A stretch of DNA of 64,000 nt from NCBI GenBank assembly GCA_964035545.1, contig OZ037765.1, positions 29,945,504 through 30,009,503 on the forward strand, given 5' to 3'. Below the pieces are notes generated by a model. It made no database searches and was not told the DNA's origin. It was given only the letters and a program-made list of their open reading frames with translations. The stretch comes from Bugula neritina (lineage: Eukaryota; Animalia; Bryozoa). The position numbers and the translations under genes were made by a program. Shown piece after piece: positions 51,001 to 63,588 of the stretch. Each line of letters opens with the position of its first letter. The stretch's first letter is position 1.

Positions 51001-54000
51001 TGTGAGTTATGGAGGGAGCACAGTATATTTGTATTATTCACAGATTACATAGTGTAAAGTATATTCTACTAGTTTATAAGGAGTAATTCAGCCAAGTGAT
51101 TGGGGATATGGAAAAACTCACAATTTATTAACTAAGCGTATTGACATTGTAAATTGGCATTTTCAAAATTTCATAATTATAGCAATGACTCACAAATGAC
51201 CGTTCTCAGCTGTGTAACTTTTTATATATGTATGCAGGGTCAAAAAGGTGAACCGGGGTTGATGGGTTTCCCTGGGCTAAAAGGTGAACCAGGCTTTACA
51301 GCTAAAGTGGTGACTATCAAAGGAGAGAAGGGGGATGTAGGCAGACTGGGCCCCAAAGGTGAAAAGGGGCGTATGGGGTCGATAGGACCAATTGGTCCAC
51401 GAGGACAGGTTGGATTTCCTGGTGAGGTTGGGCAAAAGGGACATGCTGGAAAAAATGGCCAGCCAGGAACAAATGGCAAAGATGGAACACCCGGTATTCC
51501 AGGCCAAGATGGTTCAAAAGGAGATATTGGAGAAAAAGGTGCTCAAGGAATTCAGGGGCCACCAGGTTCTAAAGGTAACACTGGTAAACAAGGAGCTCCG
51601 GGAGTTGAGGGAGAGAAGGGCACTAAAGGCGAAACAGGCTCTAAAGGACTAAAAGGCAATCAAGTAGGTTTTCTTAATCAATGTAGTAAACTCACTGTAA
51701 GCAGGAAAATCTAAGAAAACTTTCTTGTTTCTAATATACCAAGCTAAAACCATCTTAAGAATTATTATTTGTGTAATCTAGATAAATGCGAAGAGCTGTT
51801 GCCTGAAATCTAGCAAGTAAAAGCAGCGTAAAAAGTTGGCAGTATGCAAATTAAATCAGTTGCATTTTGAAAAAAAATTTAAAACTTTTATTTAGAACCT
51901 CAATGAAAAGTATGCATATTTATTTACAACATGTAAAAGCTTTGCTAAAAACTAGCTGGTTGAGTCCATCTTCATCGTTTAAAAGTTAATGAATATGTTA
52001 CTTGTACGATGCATTGACTACATTTACCTCTACACTTAAATGATATGATTGTAGGGTGAGATTATTGAAATGATCGGAAGTGGCAAAGAAATTGTGATTG
52101 GTCCACCTGGCCCGCCGGGAGATCCCGGAGTTAAGGGAGAAGCTGGCGAAAAGGGGGCAACTGGTTTAAAGGGAGAGCCTGGTGTCATTGGTGAGCCAGG
52201 AAAACGGGGTGCGCCTGGACCACAAGGAAATTTAGGAGCTCAAGGAATTGCAGGTGCTAATGGTAAAGATGGTCTGCCTGGTCCTATGGGAGAAAAAGGA
52301 GCTAAGGGTGATGCTGGCTCAGCTGGTTTGAAGGGAGATGCTGGCAAAAATGGAAAAGATGGTAATAAAGGAGACGCTGGCTTGCCCGGAGAAAAGGTAA
52401 AATTTATGTACATTAGTAACACAGCACATTTTGTATTGGTAAAACATTCAAAACCTACTATTCCTAACCAATATATTTCACAAAGTCAAAGTTCTTTCGA
52501 CAACGTTCTACAAACAGCCGCTGTACGCACATTAGGCTATTCAAGGGCAATTGAATTACGATTTAGATATTGTTGAACCTTACATCAGACAATTTTGTCT
52601 TCATATATTATGGAATTTTTCTCATGAGTCTATCTTTACGCTAGTTATATTTTATAAAATTCAAGTTGTTTAATGAAATGACAGCCCTTTAGATGTAGAT
52701 CATAGTATGCAGCAGACAGTACGGATAATTTGCTGGGAACTATTAAACATATTGATAGTAAACAGCTGATCAAGTCACACAGACTATGCCCAGAGCAGAC
52801 GTGCACATATGTAATGCTGCATAAAACAACCTTTTCTTTGATAAAAATATTTAATCGCATTTCAGCTAACAAAAGATTTCTTTATACTGAATTTTTGGGG
52901 TCCTTGTTCTAGTAGGAAACTGCTCTATCTAAGGACAATGCGGTCTATTTTTAACATAGTGTGAGAACAAAATATGTTCAACAATCGCAAAGTATATTTC
53001 TATGTGAATTTTCAGGGTGATGCTGGAATCAAGGGGCGCCGTGGCAAACAGGTATAGATATGAGCTGAATTTCTTTTTTACTCGTATATACTTACCTCTT
53101 CTGTCTTGTATCAATTAGCTACACTCTTTCAAACATGGTTTTTATACAAAATCCAAATTTGATTATATGGGTAGAAGCTAAAGATTTGCAATGCCATAAT
53201 TTATTATTTTAAAAAATATTATTGCAGATTTTAATGTTTGTTCTGTTTCTGGAAAGACTGCTTATTGAGTTATGCGCATGTTATTGGGTCATTGCACAAG
53301 TATATATATTGCTTTGGTTTCCATTGGATACCATTTGAACTGATAATTTGGTAATAGGTTGTTGTATAGTGTACTAAGCAAAACTATAATAATATAGGTC
53401 TGTTCTTAATACTAAGGACACTGCATTGGCTTAATATCTTTCAAAAACTTTCCCGGCCTTTCTTTCAGTTAAAATTTTAATTTTAAATTTTAGTTCAATA
53501 ATTAGTTAAAATTCATCATATTTATTTTAGCATTTTATTTTATTTTATTTTATTTTAGCATTTACAGATTTATATAACATATAACTTAGTAAAATGATTG
53601 TTTCTGAATGTGCAACTAGGCTGTATGTAGGTTATAGACTAGTTCCATGTATAAAGTATCTTTGTTTGGCTCACTGGACATGGTTACTAGGCATATTTCT
53701 ACATCAGTATGTCTTCTCAATGTGTCATAGATAAAGGGCGAACCAGGAGAGCCTGGAGCTAAAGGAGAGAAAGGAGATGTCGGACCAGCCGGTAGAGAAG
53801 GAAAAATAGGAATTTCTGGAGCACTTGGACCTGCAGGCATTCCAGTAATAATTTTACTGCAATTATAAAATATAATATTTTTTATAAACAAAATATTATT
53901 CTAAAATAATAGCTGCAGAATCATAATAGCCAATAGGTTTGGTCGAATTGCAAAAGTTGTCAAGGCAATATTATTTTCAATACTTGTTTTTTGGTAAATT

Positions 54001-57000
54001 TAGACACTAGCTGGCTCTGTTTCTCTAAATCACATTTGTCTAGACTAGATAGAATAAAATGTATTTTTGTATGAACTTATTGCATTATTAAGTGTATATT
54101 TAGGGACAAAAGGGAGAGCAAGGACTTCAAGGTGTAGCCGGAGCAAAAGGAGACAAGGGTGACTATGTAAGTTTGCAATTACTTTGATCTGCTGCGCTGC
54201 TTTATACAACTAGCTAGAAAGTCAACAACATTACTTATAAAAATATTACTTAATGTTTATGTATAATTTGATTTGAATGGTTTTAGAATAGTATTAATAT
54301 TAACTTTTAGGGACCCAAGGGGAGGGAAGGCGTGCAGGGATTTCCTGTAAGTGTTTGCTCAACCGTGACCCGATACTTTATTTTAGAGCATGTCAGCATG
54401 TGGACTAGATTATGTTTTTGTTTTCTTACTAATATAATACACTCTCCAGCACACAGAGAGCATGCACCACACTTTTAGAGTAGCATGCATATACCTACAC
54501 TTTACCACAATATTATATGCCCAAAGCTTTACCTAATTTTCTATAATGATATGCACTAATTTCATTGATTTTGATATCCTTATATTGCAACTTTAACATG
54601 CAAAAGTGCAACTCTTTAATGCCAAATAAATGAAATTGTGGTAGTAAAGCTTCAAAAAAATTGTTAAAGCTGCTTTTTCTAGTTTTATCCACCCTTAAAT
54701 TCGAATGGCATTTCAGTTTTAGTAAAAACTTATATCTCCCTATGTAGTGTTGAAACAGCAGTACTTTTTCAACCATGTAATACAATAAACAAAATAAACT
54801 ATGGAAAAAAGTTGTCTTCTCTCTATTTTAGGGAAAGAAAGGTGATCAAGGAGCAGCCGGGTTGCCGGTGAGTATGCTCTATAGAATTTTTGTTTCAAGT
54901 AAAACATTTAAATAATACGTATTAGAAATAATATAATGATACATATATAATAAATATCAGATCCCTAGCTATTCATTTCATTGGTTGCAGTTTACAGCTG
55001 TGCCGAATCCATTATTTTATAACTGATATTGTGATATATTCATCACTATGCCATATATCATTTTATGAGCAAATATGCATTTCACTTTATGTAAAGCTAT
55101 GCTCATTGTAATATATAACTAGCTATGGCTATAGCAAGTAGTTTTTACAAAAATATAAAACTGAGTAGCTTATTTATGCAGTGTACATATTTAAGTATAT
55201 AGATTGCGACTTTATTGGTTACTTAATATTACTTTAAAAACTAAAGTATGTGTGTTCTATTCAGTATTAAATATCTGAGTATATACTTGGATATATATCT
55301 GCGTATATACTTGGAAGTTTTGCAAAGTGGCTCAAATATTTGCATTCAAACTTTTAGGGTGCCAAAGGTGTCCGTGGTGAGAGAGGAGTAAAGGGAGAAA
55401 ATGGATTAGATGTATGTATAGTTAGATCTATGCATAAGAGTATAATATAAAGCATGAATATTCTTTGTATACTCACACAAGTTTATAGTCGCTATCCCTG
55501 TGAGAAACCCTCCATGGAAAGGGTTTTTGTTAAAATGAGCTAATGACTTATTTAAATGAGGCACAGAAGCAATTATGACTGAATGCTTTTCCTAACATCA
55601 CCAATGGCCTTTGTCGAGGTTCAAACCCACGACTTCGTATTCACAAAGCAAACGCTTTAACCCCTAGACCACGGCTGCTTCCCATGAATATTTTTTGCAT
55701 ACTGAAGGCTTTATTCAATATATATGGGAGTTGTCTGTCACTTGAAACCACTATTGAAAGTAGCCATAATATGCAACATGCATGCGTTAATAATCTTCGA
55801 GCCTTATTAGTGAAGACATTCTATGCTTTATAATATATGACCATTTTCAGTTTTGGGACTGTTTCAAGCATTAGCTGTATTTTCCGAATAATGACACACT
55901 TCCTATGTCATGAACACATCATCTAAATTTTAGAAGTTGACTGAATTAAGGCTCTTAGAAATTTTATGATGCGTGTGTTTTAGGGTGTACGAGGCCCACC
56001 GGGTGAAAGAGGAGTGAAGGGAGATCCTGGTGTGCCTGGGAAACAAGGTGATATGGTGAGTCGTTATAGTCTGATGCTATACATTGTACACAGTCTCATC
56101 TTTTATAAATAAACATTAGGTATAATATACCTGAGAGAAAATGACTATAATACATTTATTTTGAATTTTTTATGAGTGAAGATTATTGAAAACTAATTAC
56201 TATACTAGTTGTACGGCAATTTCTATGTTTTCGATCTTTCTTACATCTCTCTCACACAATCTATGTGAATTGATGCTAAAATTATTTGTATTATTTAGAC
56301 TACTACATATATGCATGTCTTGATATTTACAAGACAAAATTAAAATTGCATTGTAGTAGAAATATCATACCAAAATGTTTGTGGCTTAATTGCCAAGTAG
56401 TCCCGAAAAGAGTTTGGATGCACCCAAAAAATTGATAAGCAAAGACATTTTTACAAATTTATAATAATATTTTTGCTTAATCATTAATTTGTAGAAACAA
56501 CAGTAGCTTGCTAAACTATGTAGATTTTAAATTATAAATACAGGGATTTCCTGGAGTACCAGGAGAACCAGGTGAACGGGGTGTTGCTGGCATGAAAGGT
56601 GAAACCGGAGAGAAAGGAGACACTGGACCAGCAGGACAAGACGGTACCGATGGTGCACCTGGAGAAAAGGTATTCGTATGATAATATTAATAATAGCTGA
56701 ATAATAATTATGTTTTATGTTTACTTGAGTGACTTAAAGCTTAGTTTTGTCTTGCTAAATAGAATCATATACTGTATATGGCCACTGCATAGGCTGTTTG
56801 ACTTATTCTAAAACAGCACAGATGCATATTTTATAGTTGTGTCAGTACATGCATGTATGTGCAACATAAACAGAAACATAAAGAAAATTGTTATTTCATG
56901 TAGCTTGTATACAAAGTGGACATTTTAAAGTTATGCACTTTTTGTAGGGAGATAAGGGAAGGCGAGGTAAACATGGTATAAAAGGTAGCAAAGGAGACCA

Positions 57001-57293
57001 GGTAAAAAAGTCTTTTCATGGCTTTCTTTAAGAATAAACTTTTTAATATAAACTTACTTCAATGCAGTGAGATATGAATTACTATATACTTATTTTCTGA
57101 ATGTTGCTGTTTATAGTTAGACTTTTTTCAAAATAATAATTAAATTATTCGATTAGACTTCAAAGTTGCATTTTGGTGATTCAACTAAAAGACAATGGCC
57201 AACATCTAATTTTTTACTTTAACACAGGGAATACCTGGTCTGGATGCCTTACCATGTCCTATTGGTAAAGATGGACTACCTGCTTGTGGATAA
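42041..57293 (+). CDS. Type II transmembrane collagen, MACIT family (COL13A1/COL23A1/COL25A1, col-99-like), ~814 aa, 22 exons
   Basis: Exons 42041-42475, 44140-44233, 44727-44761, 45576-45611, 46614-46649, 48533-48568, 48882-48917, 49128-49187, 49832-49918, 50625-50795, 51238-51663, 52055-52396, 53016-53051, 53737-53844, 54104-54166, 54311-54346, 54832-54867, 55358-55411, 55984-56055, 56544-56669, 56948-57001, 57228-57293. Cytosolic N-terminus, TM ([22 protein letters not shown]), coiled coil, RQQR, CLCPAG, interrupted Gly-X-Y, C-terminal [17 protein letters not shown]. Confidence 0.92.
43882..43957. repeat. 76-bp near-perfect palindrome (37-bp arms, 2 mismatches, 2-nt loop)
   Basis: cattattattgactgtcataaggattaaaacctagca-ca-tgctaggttttaatccctataacagtcaataataatg. 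Confidence 0.95.
43921..44097 (+). mobile_element. 5'-truncated tRNA-SINE, related family
   Basis: B-box-like GGTTTTAATCCC, core tgttagggaaggcatccagt, aacccttac...ggagttctcatagg...catgagt tail similar to the other copies. Confidence 0.65.
55474..55682 (-). mobile_element. Full-length tRNA-derived SINE (209 bp) with 21-bp TSD
   Basis: Minus strand: A box TGGTCTAGGGG, B box GGTTTGAACC, core gatgttaggaaaagcattcagtcataa, tail gactataaacttgtgtg; TSD catgaatattYtttgYatact at 55453-55473 and 55683-55703. Confidence 0.9.
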
Positions 57294-59519
57294 AGGTGAG
57301 TCAAGTATTTTCATTTTTGCTATGATTCTGATCAATTAGTAAAATATCAAGATGTAAACTTAGAATTCTTTGAACAACTGCAACACTTAGAAAAGCAGCT
57401 ATATACGTAGATAAGCTCTAACTTTACTGTGTCTAAAAATGACTTCATTAATAGCTTAATATTATAATGACGTTTATAAAGAGCTTAACTAATTATATAT
57501 GGAATATTGATGATCATTGAAAATATTGAAAACGTATTATTGATTTTTCTGTTGATTATTTTACAGCATGTCTGCTGAGCCAGCATTGTCAACAGCGACA
57601 GAGAGTTTTATAAATAGTGTACATAAATGTACAGTCCCACGAAGTCACTACTCCAGTCAAGTTTAAAACAGTCTTTTTATACTCACAAACCTTATAGCCT
57701 CCTATCAACATTAGTTTAGTTTATTTATTCTATTTATTTCCTATTTTATACAAAAAAGTTCTGGGTATTTAGCAGGGTTATCTTCTCCTGTAAGCAATCA
57801 TGTCAACATTGTCTTATTTTTGTAGCTTGGCATCCAGTGGTTTTGTAATTTATATCAGATAAACAAATAAATTAGTCTATTTCATTCACTTTTATTATAT
57901 ACCTTTTTAAGATAACGATACATAATTTTTTTTGGTTCTATGATGTAGCCATAATTAGCTGAATGTTATTCTAAAAGTCTCTTTCTTTGACACCCGTGTT
58001 TAGGTAAGAAGATATAACTAACAAGTTAGCCATAAGGCGTTATTATATATTTACTAGGGCACCACGTTATATCTTAAACTAAATGTGTATTTAGTTTATA
58101 AGCAACTGAAAATAATTAAGTTCGTCACAATTTCTAAGTAAATTAGTGGTAGTCACTCTAAGCTGTAGGAATAAACTGTTATATATGGTGTCTATTTTTA
58201 TGTTCTTTGAAGTTACAAAATTTAGATCTTAATACTCGATATTTTATCAACTTAGTAGCATACTTATTATAAAAGCATTATGAATATTATTAGTAAAATT
58301 ATAGCAATTTTGATTACGTTTTTATTTATTTTTTCTCATTATGCCATAATAAATTTTTAAAGCACCAATAAGTTGACCGTAATATTTACTTCTAAAGCTA
58401 CTTTCGTGTTTTTTACATTATGACTTAGATAATGGGCTGCTTTAGTTGCGATATAAATATGAATTATAAAATTGAGTCAAATAATAATATGCGCATCTTC
58501 ATTATTTGACAATGCAATTAATTAAAGCAATTAGGTGTACACAGATTTAATTCTTAAACTTAAACATTTTTAAAACGGACATTTTTTCTTTAGGGGTGGA
58601 CAAATCCAAAAACTATTTTATGAAATATAAAATGAGTATAACTACAAGCTAATAACATAAAGAATTTAATTCATTTGACTAAAGTTTATATAGAGTCTCA
58701 ATTTAAGCTGATTTGAAAATTTGTTGTTAATTAACAACAAATTATATACATATTATATATTATTTTATTAAAAGAGTTATTATGACAAATATCAGCACTT
58801 AACATGATAGCTTACACTATAGACATACCAATGTTAGCACATATCTGCACAGTTGATTAGTAAAGACTAGTTTACCAACCTCAACCTATATGTCAAACAG
58901 TAGCTATACCTACAATGACATCTGATGTATTGGCCCTGAAAAGCTTGCTAAAACTTCATAAGTAAACCTGAGCTGAACACAAATTACATTCATATGACAA
59001 TAACATTAGTAAATTTACAAGCTTGAAAGCTCACATGATTTATTAATTTGATAATTGTTACACTATTGATTACAGTGAATTTTTTGCTAGTGCCATAACA
59101 ATTTAAAATTCTGTCAAACTAGATTCAAATTGGCGAGGACTAAAACCAGATTAATTTTCATTGTTAATAAAAGTCAGATAGTTATACCTAGTGAAAGCAC
59201 CAAATAAAACTTAAACATTAGAATTTTTTATAGATAATTATATACTACATGCATGAATGCAAGCATATTGCAATTTGTAATATATTGAATTCAAATCATC
59301 CAAAAATTGCTTCACATCACGAAATTACTTCAAGATTTTACAAATTGCTGTAAAGCATCATTTATGTAATATTCTTATATAAGCATTAATGTCGTGTTCA
59401 TTAATTTGTTCCCCAAGTTGTGTAATAAAAAATGTGCTGAAGTTTCACATTCTGTAAAGTTGTGGAACTTGGAGTTGTCCTACATACTCTCAACTGCTAT
59501 AGTTATAATTTGAACGATA

Positions 59520-59830
59520 TGTAAGCAAGTTTCCATAGAAACAAGCTCTTCTCTAAGTTTTATGAGGAGATAACTCTGTGGGCGTGTCTCCACGATCAAC
59601 GAAAATGACATTACATTATTGAGCTTATAGAATGAGTAATACTACTAGGAGCCAGTAAGCCTAGTTACTGGTAGCTGTTCGCGCAGTCATACTATATTAT
59701 TGTATCGTTGTTAGTTAGCTTAGCATTAACATCAAAATGAAAGGCTTCTGTTTACTTTTAGTCATGGCAGCTTAATGATTGATATCTGACCTATAACAAA
59801 TAATCGATTTATTTTAAAATTCGGGTTAGT
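59520..59830 (+). promoter_or_regulatory. Probable promoter / non-coding first exon of the right-edge gene
   Basis: RFX X-box-like GTTTCCATAGAAAC (59529-59542), KLF/SP-like GTGGGCGTGTC (~59578-59588), CpG cluster, donor-like cgg|gttagt at ~59824. Confidence 0.5.
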
Positions 59831-61000
59831 ATTTTGTATTGTTATTACTATTACTATTACTATTAGTATTACTATTAGTATTAGTAAATGTAATTAGTAT
59901 TACATTTACTATTACTCTATTACTATTAGTATTACTATGTCTATTAATATTACAGTAAATGTAATAATATTAGTATAAGTATTAGTATAAATATTACTAA
60001 TTTTTAGTTTAGTATTACTATTACTAGTAGTATTAGTATTATTTTAATTTGTTATCAGTATCAAGATCACTATGAGTATGTGAATGACTATTAGTATTAG
60101 TAATAGTATTAGTATAACTAATACTATAACTATAACTATGAGTGACTGTAACAATTAATAACGTGATTTAACACTAACAGTAACAGTATGAGTATAACTA
60201 TATAGGTGTAGCTAGTAACTACATGATGAAGGTAAATGTATTTATAAATAGAATATATTAGTCACAAGTATAAGTTAATCTATGAGATAAAGATTAGCTA
60301 TCACTATGGCTGAGTATCAGTATGAGTAAGCATCAAACTAAATATAAGTTTTTAACAATTATTATAAATATAGTTATATTTATTATAATGACAATAACAA
60401 TAAGTGAAAAACAATTGTGATCATTAGTATGAGTATAAGTATTATCAAAGTGAAAATGAAAATAGCTACTAGTGCTTAGTCTAACACTAGATGATAAATT
60501 TAACAGCAAGTGTAACTTGAATTAATAAAATGTAAGATTGAAGTTAGAGTAGATTGTAAAACTAAATAACTTAGCATTACTTTTGTCTCCTAGTGTTACA
60601 CTTAGTTGTTGTGTTGATGTTACTAAAATTTAAAATATATTCATATTGTAGGATAAAAATAGATACTGATAGTCATAATCCTAATGAGATACTAATAATA
60701 ATACTAATAGCAATAGTAGAACTAGAAGTACTAGTAGTACTAGTAGTGCCTATAATAATGAGTATAAGATTTAGTAAATTCCTAAACTACTACTATTACT
60801 ATGTTAGTGTCACTTACTTTTAGTACAACTACAAGTACATTACTTACACTAGTAATACTAATAGACTAAGTAGTGAGTAGTGTTAGTCCTAAACTAACTC
60901 CAAGACAGTTCATAGTGGTATTTTACTATTTACTATTATTTATCAAGACTAAATTTCAGTACCAAAACTGTAGGTTTTATCTAGTCTAAGAACTGTAACT
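59830..61000. repeat. Degenerate (ATTACT/AGTATT)n low-complexity tract
   Basis: attactattactattactattagtattactattagtattagta... with 3/6-nt periodicity. Confidence 0.85.
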
Positions 61001-63588
61001 AAAGCTAAAACATATCATTGTTTGAAAATATAAGTGTAAAGCCAAAAAGGGACATTTCTGTAGTCTCCATCTTAATCAGTTAGTCTAGCTAGACTTATTT
61101 CTTGACTGATAATATTACTATCAGCCTCAGAAAATCGAAGTATTTTTTATTATTATTATTGAATTGTGATTTATTAAGTTTCAATTAAAATAACCACTCT
61201 GATTGTATAAATGAACACCTATTACTTGCAATCATGTCACAGTTGGAGTTTAAGTTTTTCTCGAAATATTTATAATCAGGAATGTATTGCTATCGGATAA
61301 TAAGACATGTCTAAACTGGTGTTATTATTTATTACTAATAGTACTTCACATTAAACCTGCCAACGATGTGTTATCAAACTCAAGGTCAGATCTCATAGCA
61401 ATACCATGACTGTAGATATAATTAATTTCAAGGAGTTATAAGTATGATTGGGGATGCACCTATTCTCACTTACTGATTCACTGTTACACCTGAATATTGA
61501 TGACAATTCTAATGACCAGGTCGAACTTTATTTTATGGTGATACTTAATATCCTGGTAATAAATTATAAAGGATGTTTCTCCTTGATGAAGCTACTAATC
61601 ATACTCACACTGACACTCATGTCCTAGTCCTGGTTACATGAACAATAATTAACATATATGATAATTACTACATATTACCTGTTATAGTTCAAACCTCAAG
61701 CATGGAATTTACTTAGTCAGTTGTGATGCCTTCTTTATGGTCGTTAAAAATTTAAAGTATTATCTTCTAGCTAAATTAGGGATGCTATACTAGCCTTAAC
61801 AAACCAGCAAGACCATTAGCCAAGCCATCTTACATTCGTAAAACTTATTTAAGTTCTCTATAATGTTTTATTGTAATGGAAATTATATCTCGTTTAAATT
61901 CATGTCTTATGTCTAGTAGCTTCAGCAAAATTTGCAGAGCAAAGTTGAATCTTATTCAGAGTGTTTCAACTTTAAACATTTGGCAGTTATTGATGACTGT
62001 GAAGCTTCAGTGAAATGATGTCAGAGCTTTCAGTTTTGACATTTGCAGCTGGTTTGATTTTTAATAAGTTTTAAGTTTCAGGTCTTGCCAATATTCAGTT
62101 ATAGGAGATTGTGACAAACACTCTTCATAATTGCTTTCAAACAGCCTATTCCTTGCCTCTTTTTCCTCAAGAAAACTCTAAAAATGACTTAGGTCTTTGT
62201 TTTGTGTAGTACAACATTGCCATAAGTGTAGTATTTCTCTTCTGAGGTTTAAATAATAGTAAACGTAATGCCAACAAGTTATTTGTCGATAAAATTGGAC
62301 CCTTTTGTGTACATTCATGTTTGTACAGTTTAAAAACTCTCAATTTATATCATTTCTCTTAGGACTTGGTAGTTTATCCGCAATTATTTCAACATTTCAA
62401 TTTCGACAACGATTTTTGGCAATAACTTGTGCTAGATGTTTGGAACCAGGAAAACATACAGTGTCCCAAGATTATGCTAATTTTTAAAGCAAGCAATTGA
62501 GCATATCAAATGCAAATCATCATAATTGTCGAATGATTTTATAATTGAATGTTGAATCTTAACAACTCTGTACCTACTGGTGTGTTGGTGTAATTCTCCA
62601 CAGCTGCCTTAGTTGGTATTTGTAGGACTGTAATTCTCCTGTTGGTAACACAAATAGCTGTTATAATCCTTTAATTTGCATTTTCCAATTAACTTTTTTT
62701 AGATCTACATATATTGTGTAGTTTATTTGTAGGCATTAAAGAAACTGCATTGTTAACTTAGATTTGTAATTAAAGCATTAAAGTTTATTTAGCACGTTAT
62801 GCAGGCACATGGAATGTAAAATCCTGTTTGAGAAAGATGGATTATAGGTGTAGCTCAGTGCATTAATGAATAATTAGAATTAAATTATTTTGCTTGTTTC
62901 TAATTTGGTTTATTTTAATTTCAAAGTTAGACAAACTTGCTTTATTTGCAGTTTTTGGCAAAGAGTCAACTGTTTGTTACAGGAAAAAAAATTATTGAAT
63001 TTTATATATAATGTAGTTGACCATGAAAACTGTTGGTATTAGTTGACCATGTGCTAGTGTGAACAACTTTCTAGACAACTATTAGTAGTGGTGGTGTTGT
63101 ATTAAAGTGAAGGATAATTTCTAAAGAACATTGAGGTACACTGATACAGGTATCGATTTGTGTTCACTGGGGCATAGAGTCAAACTGACTCAAAGCTTGC
63201 TATAATACAATACCCTGCCTTTGTTAGAAATATTTGATTATTGGCACGCAATGAGCTTCAGTAGAGCGTACTAGTTGTAGTGCGTAGAAATCCACTCGTG
63301 AAATTCTAGCCTGATTAAGGCAACGGTATCTTCCCAACTACCTGGCCTTAATTTAGACGTATTGCTTGTATCACCCCAGCAGCCTCAGTCAATTAGTTAA
63401 TAATTAATTACTGGGTATAGCTGAGAATTGAAATACCATGAGGATGTACACACACTGTTGGGCTCAGTCGGGAGTGATTGATGGGGCTATCGGAGGTTAA
63501 GAAACCTGATAATCAGATTGCTAGTTTATTGCTACTCTCAGTCACAATGTTCACATGTGCTGTATGTTTTAGAAATGTGAGAGGTTAG

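Noticed and set aside
50877-51003. Possible MITE bounded by gatctcac/gtgagatc
   Set aside because: Inverted match is only ~8 bp, with no TSD and no second copy in the window.
51240-52422. Pro-rich antisense ORFs (also 53616-53891)
   Set aside because: Mirror of Gly-X-Y codons (GGN read as NCC on the other strand).
55610-55682. Functional tRNA gene on the minus strand
   Set aside because: No acceptor-stem closure; continues into SINE core and tail and is bounded by a TSD.
1238-57293. U12-type or non-canonical (GC-AG, AT-AC) introns
   Set aside because: Every junction I assembled works with GT-AG and none shows the RTATCCTT U12 donor.
60593-60823. Hydrophobic ORFs in AT-rich tracts (also 7437-7619, 8116-8337, 37754-37948)
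   Set aside because: Products of low-complexity ATT/ACT repeats; no splice or domain support.
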